This document shows positions 14,209 to 27,934 of a DNA stretch of 64,000 nt, piece by piece. Every line of letters starts with the position of its first letter. The first letter of the stretch is position 1. The DNA is taken from NCBI GenBank assembly GCA_015680685.1, contig MNCI01001727.1, positions 691,211-755,210 of the forward strand, given 5' to 3'. The DNA is from Gnetum montanum (Eukaryota; Plantae; Gnetophyta). Both the position numbers and the translations under genes were made by a program. The notes below the pieces were generated by a model. The model did no database searches and had not been told where the DNA came from. It saw nothing but the letters and a program-made list of their open reading frames with translations.

Positions 14209-15111
14209 GGTCCTTAACTAATCAAAATTATTATTCATCCATGGGGCCCCTGGACTCAGTGGTTTGAGGGCATGCAAGGGAATTAAGGGCATGAGCCTGT
14301 TATGGGGAGGACCAACTTGCATACTCATTGGTTGGATTGGTTAAGTTTCTCATCCCTTACACATTTTTGCTTTCAAATCTTTCACATTCCATATTACTTG
14401 CATCTAGTGTTGCACTCCTTAACTCATATTCTCCAAATTAAATCTTCTTTTTATGTCTATTATAGCCCTCCTCACACATTTCATAATGTTCTTGGCTTTC
14501 CTGGCTTCCCATGAACTCCAATTTTGTGATAAAACTCTTTTTCTTTACTTAGTTTTTCAAATGTCAAACTTTTGATCTATTGCTACATAAATGGGACCTT
14601 GTTAATGGAGACCCATGTGTCAATGTGATCCCATCGATGTTATCACATTAATGTAGCAAAAAGACACCTATGAATACTACAATACTTAGCCAATTTTTTG
14701 TCATTTTCTCTCATATGTAGAAGGAGGTTTTGTTGTTTTCATAGCCTAGAGCCTTCCAAAGCACATAACTTTCCAACCGCTTGTCCAGTTAACCCCATTC
14801 TTCATTCCTATAGCTACTAGAGGTGAGCTTTATGTCATGGGGGTCACAAACCTTAGGTTTTTAATGATTTTTTTTTAAATTTTTCTAACTCCCATAAGGT
14901 CTAACTAATAAACGAATATTAAAATCACTAATTCATGATAGTTAAACCTTTACAATGAACTCTAGTAGCCATTTGAGCAAAATAATATTAAAATAATCAA
15001 TCTACCATAATCATAACATAGCCAAAGTGTAATAAGATCAAACAAGATGAGGTATCCAAGTCTTCTTAGTTACACATCAAATGCTAATCCTTGGTTATGT
15101 TGTGATTACAG

Positions 15112-17933
15112 ATGGCACCAAGACCCAAATGTGGAGTGGAGGCATGACCATTGCAACCAATGGACAAGTGGCCAAGAATTGGAAGGGGCTAGTAGCCAGA
15201 GAAGCCCCAGGAACAAGCAGCAGAAACCCATGTGATGGGACCTCATTAGGAGGAGCCTAAAGTGGAATTTTTCTGACAGATTCTCATCACTGAAATAGAG
15301 TAATCAAACCAAGATGAGGCACCATGACCTAGAACAAACCTTGAGGTCACTTTGATTGATGCTTGCCTAAGGAAAGTTCATTCTAAGGAGGTCTAAAGTG
15401 CAATCCTCCAAGAGCTAAACTTTGATCCTTTCTTGGACATGGCTCTAGAAGAAGTTAAGAAACAACTTCAAAATTCTCCCATGTAGCCCATCCTTACTTC
15501 TAGTGGGGAATGGTACATCAGGAAAACATACCTCTTCTAGAATAACAAGCAAACTAATGCCATAGTGAAGATCAATGACATTATTATATCCTACTCGATG
15601 GAGGTCATCTCTTAGGCCCGTAGGTTGCCAAACACTTGCGTAACCTTAGCAAAAATGTCAATGTAAGCAGACCCAGAGGTGAAAAAGGACTAGGTCTAAT
15701 GGTGAAATGGAGTTGATTGTAAAGAATATAGTACATTCACTAAGGTAGAGAGGATGTACTTCAAAATCATAGCCTACCACCTCAAGTCAACAGGGACACC
15801 AAGTAAAGTTACAACCTTCTCTGCCCATGCCTATGCCTCTCTAAGTGGTAAATTCTTAATTAATCTTCCATATTTGATCTAGTTACAAATCGAAAATCAC
15901 TTCAAGAAGAATGATCATAGGAGAAAGACACTCCCCTTTCCATGCCTAATTCAAAAATTATGCAAATGGAAATGAATAGCTTGATATTCGAATGATAACC
16001 TTCGTCATGCTCTTGTTGCCTCTTGGGCAAAAATGATGAAGGATAAGATGTCCTCCAAGTTGTAAGAAGAGGAGTAGCCACCACCACCACCCACTCATGA
16101 TGAAAAAACGCTAGAGGCTCATGCTATCATTGAGCGCATGCACAAGCTCTGTGAGCAAATTCTGTAGTAGTAGTAGGTAGGATTGAGTGGTGGTGACCCA
16201 TCACTCTACTGCCCAGCTATGAGCCATCTCAATGAGATTACTAGAATCATAAACTAGCTAGAAGAGATTGTGCCATTGTTTTCTATCCAAAGGATGTAGG
16301 TGTACACAAGGCCATGTCCTAGTACTTGAGAACTAATAGTGCCCCTTTAAGGACAATGATAATTCCCAGAGATCTATGGCAATGCTGCTACTTTCTTAGT
16401 GCACTTGGAGGAGGACGAGGGACCAATTATATTGGTGATGCAACACCAAGGGGAGGAAATAGCAATAGAGATGGTGGTTGATAGAGTGATAGAAGTACTC
16501 AACATTCCTATGGCCTCTGTGCTAGATGTGCAAATATCTACAAGAGCAACAAGTGGGAAGTTTAGTGTAGCACAACACAAAGAATTGCTGGATTGACTTG
16601 TAGGAATCAGGTAACTACTTTTGAGGGTCTTGATCTTCCAGATAACATCACTGCCACCCAATTAAGGCTATTGGAAGCTAGGGGCAAGCTTCTTATTACC
16701 AATGTCCAACTTGATGCAGCCACATTTGATAATTAATGATTGGTTACCAAGGTTGTAAAATTAAGAGCTCGTCTAGTTGATCCTACCATTCTCAACTAGG
16801 CCATAACAAGAGATAAATCTTTCTAGTAGCTTCAAAACAAAATAAGAGAGGCTAAGAATGCAAAGGAGGCAGTGGTCTTTGGCCAATTCTTAGCAAATGC
16901 CATTGCCTACAACATTGAAAAGGACTTGTTAGATGTCCACTAAGAGAATCTACTTTTTACTTAGGAAAATTATCACCTACAGAATGTCGAGAACTAGAAA
17001 GATCAAATGATGGAGTTTGTGCAACAACAACAATAATAACTTGCCAATGTGAATTTAGCTTTGAGGAGGTTGACTACTAAGAATCATAATCCCTTGATGA
17101 AGGAGGTTTGTGTCTTGCATTAAAAAATAGCAACTGAGACAACCACTTGGAAGAATGAGGCCTTGAAATTTGAATGGGTGGAAACCCATTATAGGGACTA
17201 GGTTGAGCTCTTAAAGGAGATCTAGCTAATGAAGGAAAAGGTTAACGAGACCCTCTAGCAACTCCAACAAGGAGGCAATGTGTGGTAGGATGGACTCAAC
17301 ATATACAACAAAGCTAAAATTTGCCTCAAGGAGTTGCAAATTAAGCAGATGAAGGAGTACATGGAGTTAGCCAACCTCCATTATGTGAACTTCGAAATGC
17401 TAACTATTGGAAAGTCGATGTCATAACTAGAAAATTAAGTGGCTAGCTAATACCTTTTGTAAAGGGCTGAGTTCAAACACCATAAAGACACAAAGAAAAG
17501 GCTATAAACAACCAATGCTAAACTCAAAGTTCTTAGAGCATGATTCACAAATCAAGGATCAATGGTTGAGAAATTGACCAAAAGAATGAATGACTACCAT
17601 GAGCTGCAGAATGCTATAAGAGCATTTGACATTGAACGTAAGTAATTCGCTACCTAGTTTATCAATGTTAAGAAGTTTTTCCCTACCATGCCCTATCTAT
17701 GGGATGTTCTTGTATTGGTCCACATCAGGTGATGTTGCATGAACTCTGTATAATCCCTAAGTAAGGAGAAGAAGATGAAAGAATTGTTGGATGCATTTCA
17801 TCTTCCACTAGCAATCATAGATGCAGCAGAACAACCACAATCACCATAATCTCAAGCTTAACCACCATGTGCATCAGAGGTAGGGGAAGATTCTTTAGCA
17901 TCTCAGGAGCCTCCCTCTCCTAGGACCATTTGA
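15112..17933 (+). pseudogene. Athila extra (env-like) ORF, decayed; coiled-coil-like C-terminal half
   Basis: ATG at 15112 directly after TTACAG; fragments such as KFLINLPYLI, ORF 16399-16596 and E/K/L-rich 16800-17700; lies between integrase and the 3' LTR as is typical of Athila. Confidence 0.65.
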
Positions 17934-18173
17934 TTTTCTTCTTATCTCTGCTTGTCAAAGGGATTTTTGTTGTTAAATTTTGTAATAGTGTTTAACTTTA
18001 TTTCCATGAATACCTATTTTTGTAAAAGTTCTATATCTGTACACTTGAGCACTTAGCTTCAGTTTGCATTATTCAAGTAGTTAGTCAATGGATCAATACC
18101 TTCCCAAATTTTTTAAGAACTTGTTCCTCATTTTTTTCACTTGAGAATGAGCTTTTAGTCAATCATGGGGATA

Positions 18174-18842
18174 TGATGAATCATTGTTGTAAGGTAACAT
18201 CGATGGACATGCATCAACATGACCTCATCAACGTGTACGCATTAACATATTTGTGTCGATGTGTACCCATTAATGTATTTGTATTGACGTGTACATATCA
18301 ATGTGTACCCATCAACGCATATTCATCAACAAAGTGTTTGGTCTTGCCTATATAAATGTATGCACCCACTGCATTTATCACATCATTCATTTAGTAGCAT
18401 AGTAAAGCTCTTGTAGTTTGTTCCCATAATAGTTAGAATATTTTCTAAGTACCTTCAATAGGAGTTGATAAGTGTACAAATTATTTATTCAAACATTGAT
18501 GTACCTAGACACTTCTATATGAACAAAAATAAAGACAAACTTCTTGATAAACCTTACAGCCTTAGAATTAGCATAATGTTTACTTTAATACACTTTACTA
18601 TTATGTAATTTACATTCATGCACATTAATTAAATAGTTGAATACAAATAATTAATGCACATAAGTACAACCACCTCGAGCATATGTTAACACTTGCTAAT
18701 TCCAATAGCATTTACACTTGGTAACCTAGTAGCATTGAGGCATGTTCATGATGTGTACGGCAGCTGGGAACATATGCTTATGTTAGGATTAGCTTAAGGT
18801 ATTGTATGGCAACTAGATTAATTAGCATTTAATCACTTTATT
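18174..18842 (+). repeat. Athila-1 3' LTR, 3'-truncated
   Basis: Begins TGATGAATCATT after purine-rich ATGGGGATA; matches the 5' LTR up to TAATCACTTTATT (=6423) and lacks its last ~240 bp. Confidence 0.88.
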
Positions 18843-18849
18843 ATTTATA

Positions 18850-20939
18850 TGGTTACTATGAGCATTCTCCTATGTTATCTTAGTTTTATGAAGTCTAAGA
18901 TAGTCCTTGAGCAGGTTTACATTGGAGTTTATGGTGGATCCCTAGGGTCATACTTAGTTTCTTGCATCATTTCTTTAGGCTACTGGTGGCCAACCTTGGC
19001 TAAAGATGCCTACCATCTAGTCAAGACATTTGATGCTTTCCAAAGGCATATATCCATTATCTACCTTTCTTCATAGGAGCTTAACATGTTTCAAATCACA
19101 TGGTCTTATCAAAATTGGGATTTATTTCTTATTGGTGCTATTAGCCCTTCTTCATTTTTTGAACATCAATTCATTCTAACTACTACAAAATACTTCACTA
19201 AGCAAGTAGAGATTATTCGTTTGCATTCCACGAAGTTCCACTTCATTTTTCATTTCATTCTTGAGAACATAATAACTTGCTTTAGTTTTCCCCTTCAAAT
19301 TGTAATTGACTATGGACCTTAGTTCCAAAGTAAAGAGGTAGTTGATTTCTACTCTATGTATCACATCATCTAGTCATTTTTTTCATCCCAATACCATCAA
19401 TCTAATGATCAAGCTAAATACACTAATAAAACTCAGCTATTTCCTCCATGCCATGGTTAATAAAATCTAATGCAATTGGCATAGACAACTATCCCATGCC
19501 CTATGGGTTTATTGTACCACTTTTTGTATATCCACTAGTCATACTTAATATTTTTCAACCTATGATTCTGAGGTAATCTTACCAATTAAGCTCCATATTC
19601 CTTCTCTTTGTGTTGATCTTCATGATTGGTGTTTAGATTAAGATAATAAAAACATGTGATGTGTTGAGTTAGATCTTCTAAAAGAAAAATGATAGGGAGC
19701 TCTTCAACATCTATATGGATATAAAGTAGATATGTAATGTTTTCATTCTAAACATGTCAAAATTAAAGAGATTCATGAAGGCAATCTAATCCTTCACAAT
19801 TTTCCAAATTGCAGAGATACAAAGTTGTTCCCCACCTAGTAAGGTCCTTTTCTAGTGGTTCAATCTGTACAAAATGACATCTATAATTTATTTGACTTGG
19901 AAGGACATTAGCTTCTAGATCCTATAAAGAAAAGCTTTCTAAAGTGCTACTACATTTTCCAAGTCACAACATTAAACCCACTAATTGTTTGAGATAGAAC
20001 ATGTGTTTTTCCAAGTAGTTTGATATTTATCAATTCTTTTACATGACAAAGAGATATGTACTATGTTGGGATAATAGGTTTACTCTAATGCCTATTTTAT
20101 TTTGCATGATTTTACATTTACTCCCCATTTCTATTTCATTTTTACTATTTCTCTTAGTGTTTTTTTTTCATATTTCATTATACTATTTATCCCATTCTAG
20201 TCTATGTACTAAACACAATTAGTAAGGTTTTTGAGTGACTAAATATCTTAATACCTCATGTGAGGCGTTGACTAGGTTTATTATTAAGTGGGATATGAAG
20301 GGGTTACTTTGATAGTATATATGACATCCTTTTCAGCCATACAGTGTGTAGGATTTAGCCATGCCCCATTCTTATGGTACAACATCATCCTCATGACAAG
20401 TATATGGGTCTTTTTTTCTTTCTATTTTTGCAAGCTATAATTTCTGCTCTCATGTACTATATTTCTATTTTCTACCTCTCATCCCCTCTCCTCATATGTT
20501 TCCATTCCTCTCTATATTTAGCATTAGTGAAATCAAATGATTGTCTTTACCCCAATGCAATGAGGAAGTGTTGAGTGTAGAGTGATGTAAAGTGTATGAA
20601 TATTTATATGAGTGAGGTAAGGGAGACGTCCATTTTAGGAATTTAGTTGTATCCCACTTCTATGATATAGCATCCAACCATTAGTGTATTGATGATGTTT
20701 TTAGCATTCTTCCCCTTGTTTTAGTGCTTTCTCTTTTCACTTTCAATTATCTTTCTATCTTTCACTATTCCTTTGTCTTTTCATACTTTGCATTGGTCAA
20801 ACTAAATAAGTATCTGTGATTTACTCTAGTGAGAGTATGATTGAGAGAATTAAGTGGATTAGGGAGTGCTTTATTAACATTTTTGTTTGCTTTTTAGGAT
20901 CTAATCATGTTCCACTTTTGTGACATAGCACTCCACTAT
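18850..20939 (+). mobile_element. Tat-A continuation: integrase remnant and 3' UTR
   Basis: LGYWWPTLAKDAYHLVK (18849 ORF), ILTTTKYFTKQVE...ENIITCFSFPLQIVIDYGP (19086 ORF); integrase ends near 19955. Assignment to the same element as 4330-5806 is inferred from strand and family. Confidence 0.8.
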
Positions 20940-22372
20940 CGATGTATTGTTTGTAATGACAAGAAAATTTCGATGCTGAAAAAATGAAAGATGTGTGGAA
21001 AAATCTAACTCATAGATCCACAAGCCTCAAAAAGGATTTGAAGCATCATAAACAATCTTTTTGATGAATTAGGAACTTGAAAAATCTATTATCACTTCAC
21101 AAAAATTTGGGATAAACTGTGATGAAAATGTGTAAAACGGGAATGCAATGCAAGATTCAAGAATAAGTAAAATAAGAGAATAATATGACAAAAAAGAAAT
21201 AACTACAAATCATGTATTAAAATTGTAGTTAATAAATATAGAAATGGAGGTTGATAAAGGATATAAATTTAAGGCTTTTAAAGCTAGGGAAATTAATACG
21301 TCTACTATGATTTGATGCAGATGGCAAGGTATGTTTTGCATAAAGTCTACATTGGTTGTAATAAATTTCTACCTCTGTGCTTAGAAATTAGCACTGCCAA
21401 AGTTGTAAAAAGGCTATAAAAAACCTATTGAAATATTTTGCTATTTTCTGCTAAGTGATCTACTAAGAGATTGATCAAAAAGGTCTTGAAAGATGCATCA
21501 AATCTGGTATTTATAGGCTACAAATTTGTTGTCTTAGCATCTATTACAGTTTTTGAGCATAACAAGTTGTTCCTTGGCCAAAGTGAAATGTATGGGTTTA
21601 AAACCCAAGTGTCACATGTTGCCCCACATACTACCATAGTGTGTGTGATTGAGATGTGTAGCATATGAATTTGAAGCCCAAATTCCACACACTACCACAA
21701 TGTGTGAAGTTGGAATGTGTAGTGTGTGAGATTAAAAAGGTCAATTTTTGTAGCTTGTGGAGCATTTTTAGCCCCCACAAGCTGGCATAAATGGAATTTA
21801 TAGCTTGTGGAGCATTTTTAACCTACACAAGTTAGCATGAACGGAATTTGCAACTTTTGGAGCATTTTTAACCTTTATAAGATAACATGAATGGAATTTG
21901 TAGTTTGCGGAGCATTTTAGCCTTCACAAGCTTGCATAAATGGAATTTGTAGCTTGTGAAGCATTTAAACCTCCACAAGCTAGCATGAATGGAATTTGAA
22001 GCTTGTGGAGCATTTTTAACCTCTACAAGCTACCATGAATAGAATTTGTAGTTTTTGGAGCATTTTCAACCTCCACAAGCTGGAATAAATGGAACTTTCA
22101 ATGTGTGGGCTGTAAATCTCATTTTTTTACATTGAAAATAGCTTAAAATCTTGTTAATACAAGGCCATTGGGTAGGATTTTTGGTGGGAAAATAGGGTAA
22201 TTACTTCTACCTTCAGATCCCCATCAAATTACAATAAAAAACTTGGCTATGATCTTCCATTTGCAACATGAATTTTCCTTAAGGTATTTCATTGGTTCCT
22301 CTTTGTTGATGTTTCAAGGATTGACCTAAGAGACATTAACAAAGAATATGAAATATTGCTACAAGTTCATCA
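20940..22372 (-). repeat. Tat-B 3' LTR (~1.43 kb)
   Basis: Minus strand reads AAGGAGAGGGAG (PPT)-CATTGG-TGATGAAC... and ends ...AATACATC(G); TATA CCTATAAATA at ~21509-21518. No second LTR is available for confirmation. Confidence 0.7.
21751..22097. repeat. 7 x ~50-bp tandem array with a 12-bp-stem hairpin per unit, in LTR U3
   Basis: Consensus TAGCTTGTGGAG-CATTTTTAAC-CTCCACAAGCTA-GCATGAATGGAATTTG; units at 21751, 21801, 21851, 21901, 21950, 21999, 22049. Confidence 0.92.
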
Positions 22373-22378
22373 CCAATG

Positions 22379-22390
22379 CTCCCTCTCCTT
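22379..22390 (-). promoter_or_regulatory. Polypurine tract of Tat-B
   Basis: Plus-strand CTCCCTCTCCTT, 6 nt from the inferred LTR start. Confidence 0.65.
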
Positions 22391-22670
22391 AATTTTGTAG
22401 CTATTGAATCATGCCAAGAAGTTCTTATGATGGTGAAACAAGGTCACAATATGATGTCAAGAGTTTGGGATAAAATAATGACTACATTGGCTATCAGAGA
22501 ATGATTACATGGGTTAACAAAGAATTCCAAATGTGGACATCATTGTTATGGTATGGCATTGACAGGCTTGCTGATTTGAAGAGATCCTCATGCTTTACAC
22601 TAGAACTACTGGTTACTTAGTGATGTTCATAAAAACCAATACTTAGTAATAGGCTTCTTTGGCTACCTGG

Positions 22671-22674
<4 letters not shown>

Positions 22675-22732
<58 letters not shown>
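22675..22732. repeat. (CT)29 microsatellite
   Basis: Perfect dinucleotide run. Confidence 0.98.
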
Positions 22733-22740
<8 letters not shown>

Positions 22741-23451
22741 GAAAGAGTCATTGAATTGCTTAACTTAAGGCTACATTGGCCTTTTTGATTTCTTGGCACC
22801 TTTTTCCCTCCTTTTTTGCAAGAGTGAAACTTTCATTGGGCTTCGTTGTCAATGCTAACCTTTATTTTCTCATTGAATGAGATATGTTACATTCAATGAA
22901 CTTAGTCAGCAAAACATGTTGAACGAGATGTCACATAGCCATGGTTCATGAGTGTCAAACATAGATTTTCATTATTAGCAAGGCAAGGAAGGTATAATTT
23001 TGCTACAGGGTGACGACTCAGGAGGAGTAATAGAGGTGATGTGAAGTAAGCACTATTGACAAGATCAAACAAGCTAACTAGATATTGCATATTGAGGTCA
23101 CATGATAACTCATCCTTTACAATGAATCACACCCTTACAATAAATCCAAGCTCATCTTACAAGCATAACTCTAAGAGTATAACTAAGCAAGTCAAAGAAT
23201 ACATGTGTTTACAAAAGATTACATGAGGTGGAAAGTGTATATAGACCATCATTGGTTAATAGTAGTAGAACATGTGAACTTTGTATCATGCTATAAAGAT
23301 TCATATAAAATTTGTAGTGTTTTTGAGATGCTAAAGAAAGGTAGAGGGTCATGTAGGCTCGCTTGTTGTAGAGCATTGAAGTTGTCAATGTCAATTCTTT
23401 CTCCAACTTGTAAAAAAAAGCAAACCAAGGCTACAAACAAATGGATGAATG

Positions 23452-26400
23452 TTATATGTAATATGGTTTGAGATTAGAATGGTTGAATGGGTTGGCTAAT
23501 TCTTTCTCATCCATGTCCATCAACTTGAGTGCTCCATTTTCATAGGATTTGGTGACCAAGAAAGGTCCTTTCCAATTCATCAAAAATTCAGCTACCTCTT
23601 CATGAATGACATTCAGGACAAGGTCTACTTCCTTGAATCTTTTCCTATTTAGATTGTGATGATGCTATTATTTCTACTTCTCTTGATATTTCTTGATCTT
23701 GGTAAGCATTTTTATTTATCATTGCTCCATTGAATCAAGGTCCACGGTACATAGCTCCTTATTCTACTCATCATTGATAAAGTCATATAGAGCTACCCTC
23801 AAGGATGATAGCTTAAAATTTATAAATTAGGCTATACATGTTGGCTCCAATTATGGTTATAAAGGTTTTTTTTATAGGCCCATTGTGCATACAAGAGTTG
23901 TTTATGCCATTTATATTTTCCTTTTCTTAACATTTTCTTAAGTACGTTTTGGATTACCTTGTTGCTAGCTTCGACTTGGCCATTAGCCTATGGATAGTAA
24001 GGTGATGAAAATGATTTCTTAATGTTTAGTTGTTGAAAAAAGGTATGCATTTCTTGGCTACTAAATTACAATTCATTTTTTGTAACAATTGTTAAAGGTA
24101 AGCCAAAATGAGATATGATGTTATCCAAGATAAACTTATAGACTTGTTGCATCATTATTTTTCTTAGAGGGATAGCTTCAACCTACTATGTAAAATACTA
24201 GATTACAGTGATGATGAAACTATGTCCTATAGAGGATTTAGGTGTTCTTGGTTCAACTATGTTGATTTCCCATCATTGGAATGATCATATGATCTAAGTG
24301 ATGTGTAACTTAGTCAGTGGTACACATATTAAGTTGTTGTACCATTGATAGGTGTCACAAGTTTTAACCTTCTATAGGTAGTTGCTTTCCATATAGAAAC
24401 AATAGTGTTCTGACCATCTAATCTTTGTGGCCATGGCTCTAGGTCCTATATCTTCCCCATATGTTCCATCATGAACTTGCTTAAGGACTATGCGAGCTAC
24501 TAGTTTGCCTAAGCATACTAATAATATGCCATCATAGGACCTTCAACATAATGTTTAATTGGCTATAATGACATATTATTTTGATCATTTACGTATAGCA
24601 TTCTTTTGAGAGGTAGTTAGGTTCTACGGAGGTTCATCATGGGTTAGGTAAAACTTAATGTCGTAATACCACTCTTGTTGAGGGGCATTGCCAATGGTGA
24701 CTATAAAGGTACCTTCAGTATTTTGTGTAATTGGAAGAGCACAATTCTCTATTAAGGAAGGTAACTTACTAAACACATCTGGCATCACACTTAGCGCTAA
24801 GGTCATAATGGCATCGACTAAGGTGTTCTTAGTTTAGGGAATGCATTGGATACCAACATCTGTAAACTATAGCCTGAGTATTTTAGCTAGATTGTAGTAA
24901 GATTATAAATGTTTAGCCTTGCATGCATAAACTTCTATCACTAGGTTAACCACTAGTTACGAATCACCTTTTAACATTAAACATGTAATTCCTAGGTTAT
25001 GAGCTGCCATCATTCCTGTGATTAATCCTTCATATTTCAATATGATGTTAGTGCATGAAAATTGAAAATGATAGGGTAAATGTTGGATTTCACCAAAGGA
25101 CAATGTTATGATGATGACAACACTAGCTTCTTAAGTAATTGAAGCTTAGTCAAAATGTATGATGGCCTCATATTTTTTGGGTACCTTGTTAACAATGTTG
25201 ATATGCTCATTAGGGAATTTAGGGTCTATGGCTACATTATCTTCAACTCCAAAAGTTATGAGTTGTGTAGCTATAGCTTGACCTTTTATTAAAGATTGGA
25301 AGATGTAATGTAGGTCAAACTTAGTTGTTATGACCTTCGACTAGGCTATATGGCTACTCTTGTATATGTTGATCATTAGGGCTCTTAATACCTTATATTT
25401 GCATATGATGTTGACTTGACTCCTAAAGAGGTAGTATGTTCACTTCTTTAGAGAGAAGACTAGGACTAAGTTGTCTTCTCCAGCTCATTGTATTGGGTCT
25501 CATATGCAACTAGTTCATGGCTTAAGTAATAGATAGGTAACTTTGCTTAATCATCTTATTTTTGACAAAGCAAAGAGGCTATGGAGGTCTCAAAGATTGT
25601 AAGGTAGATGTAGAATGATCTATATTTTTAAGGAGGATATATGGTAGGTAGTTGGGCCAACTCTTCCTTAATATTCTCAAAGGCTTCTTAGCATTGGTTA
25701 GTCCACTCATAGTGAACCCCCTTCTTAAGAAAGTGTTGCATAGGTTTTAGCTTATTTGTGAGCCTCAAGATGAACCTATGAATAAATTGTAATCTACCTT
25801 GTAAACCTTGTAGTTCCTTAAGATTGCTAGGTGGTGATAAGTTGGTTATGACCTTAATCTTATCAGGATCAACATATATCCATGTCTCATGCACTACAAT
25901 GTTAAGCATTTTACCCATTTTAATGTTGAAGACATAATTTTTAGGATTAATTATAAGCTTGTATTTGAGACATCATTGAAGTACTAAGTTTAGGTCACAT
26001 GCATGATCACTGGCTATTTTGAATTTGATGGTTATATCATCAACATAATCATTAAGTAACCATAGCATGTAATCACTAAAGATGTAGGTCATGGCTCATT
26101 GATAGGTTGCTCCTACATTCTTTAGACAAAATGGCATCATTATGTAACAAAAAAGGGTCATGAAGGTTGTGTACAATTGATGCTCTAGGTTAATCCTAAC
26201 TTAGTTATATCTTGAGAACCCATCTGTAAAGGATAACAACTCATGTCCAGTCGTAGTATTGATGAGTTGATAAATACTAGGCAATGAGAAATCATCTTTA
26301 ATAGTGGCCTTGTTGAGGTCATGGAAATCGATATAGATATGAATACTCCCATTTTTCTTAGGGACTACCACTATGTTAGATATCCAATTTGTGTAATCAA

Positions 26401-26906
26401 CAGCTTAGATGAAACTAGCTTGGTAAAGTTAGTCTCATCACGAAATGCTAGGGCAAATTCTAATCTAATTTTGCATACCTTTTACTTAACCAGTTTGATG
26501 CTAGGGTCTAGTATGATATTATGCTACACTAAACATAGGTCAAGTCCTAGCATATGCTCATATGACCAAGTAAAGGCTTTAATGTTATCCTGAAGGGCCT
26601 TGGTGTTGTCGTTGGACTATCAAGGGTTCTAATGAGGAGCTTAATTTTAGTATTTTCTCTTCATTATTAGGTTGTAATGGGAATTTAAAGAAAAGAGTCC
26701 TTAGTGATGTCTCCAACCTCGAGGTCAAGGATTTTGACTATGTACTTAGGCCATTCGAGGGATTTCTCTATTAAGGCTATGTGGTCGAATAGGCTCTCGG
26801 CTTCAAGATTTAGGCATTCTAAGTCAATTGATCATTCAAGATCATCATAAGGTTCATTTAGGATCAAACATAGTTCAAGTTATGCCCATGTATCCATGAT
26901 TTAGTC
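23452..26906 (-). pseudogene. Tat-B pol pseudogene: RT, RNase H, additional archaeal-type RNase H (aRH), integrase
   Basis: AFTWSYEHMLGLD, DYVDD (~26036-26050), VDPDKIKVI...LQGRLQFIHRFI (25688 ORF); aRH IIHFD*AS...SCTNIILKYEGLITG...LKGDS*LVV (25180-24790); WYYDIKFYL; integrase ends NLKPYYI* at ~23452. Confidence 0.92.
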
Positions 26907-26999
26907 CTGCATGTTAACAAAAGCACATTAAGTAGAATTTGTATTGCATAATTGTTAAAAAATGTTAAAATATTGCAAGAATGAAGCACAACATAGCTA

Positions 27000-27570
27000 A
27001 ACAAGGTTAACATGAAGTGGAATGAGGAAAAAAAAGGTTAAGAAAGGTTATAATATGGTAAACCAAGGCCAAAGAAGATAGATTGATATGCAACAAGGTG
27101 GAACTCAGGACAAATGATGACAAATGATACTAAATAAGAGCAAAACAAACGTCAAAACCATGTAGAATGATGTCAAATGAGGTTGAATGAGGTCTTAGTA
27201 CTACCAGATGACATCAAATGATATCAAGTTATGCCAAATGATGGCAAAATGAAGCCAAAAGAGGTCAAATGATGTCAAAATAGGATAAAATGATATCAAA
27301 TGATCGTCAAAATGATGAAAAATGGCGTTGAATGACATCAAATAATGTCAAATGATACCAAATGATATCCAATGATATAAAAATGACAGCAAATGATGTA
27401 AAATGATAATGAATGTTGTCAAAATCATGCAAAATGATCTCAAATGATGTTGAATGACCCCAAATGATGAAAAATATTATCAAGTGATGCATAATGATGT
27501 TAAAGAAGGTCAAATAAGGTTGAAGGTGGTCAAATATGATTGATGATGGTTGAAAGTGATATTAAATAAT
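27000..27570. repeat. Degenerate 10-bp minisatellite (AAATGATGTC)n
   Basis: Dozens of AAATGATRYC-type units with 10-bp period. Confidence 0.88.
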
Positions 27571-27619
27571 AATATTTATTTTTAATTTGATTTTATGATC
27601 AAAGTAAGAAAAAAATTAG

Positions 27620-27870
27620 TAAAAATAGCCTATAAATTTTCAATGTCAAAATTTAGCAAAACAAGCCACAAATTATTAAAATAAGCAAAAATCTACTAAA
27701 AAGACCATAAATTGCTAAAATAGGCAAAAATCTAGTTAAAAAAGCCATAAATGATTGAAACAAGAAAAAATCTTATAAAAATAAGAAAAATCTCATGTAA
27801 ATTGATAGAATAAATAAAAATTTAATAAAAATAATAAAAATAGGTAAAAAAAAACTCATGTAAACTAGTT
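27620..27870. repeat. A-rich ~41-bp tandem repeat
   Basis: AAAAAGCCATAAATTGCTAAAATAGGCAAAAATCTAGTT-like units at ~27657, 27698, 27739. Confidence 0.7.
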
Positions 27871-27934
27871 GTAACCTACTTGGAAATTAGCTTTTTGTTA
27901 TTAAACAATTTTAAAAAGCTAAAATATTGAATTC

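Larger units (their letters stand above)
5807..18842 (+). mobile_element. Athila-type Ty3/gypsy LTR retrotransposon (Athila-1), decayed, nested in Tat-A
   Basis: Two homologous LTRs, tRNA-Asp PBS, gag-PR-RT-RH-INT order, long 3' region with an extra ORF. Confidence 0.9.

Noticed and set aside
22617-22799. ORF with (ER)n repeat
   Set aside because: It is the translation of the (CT)n microsatellite.
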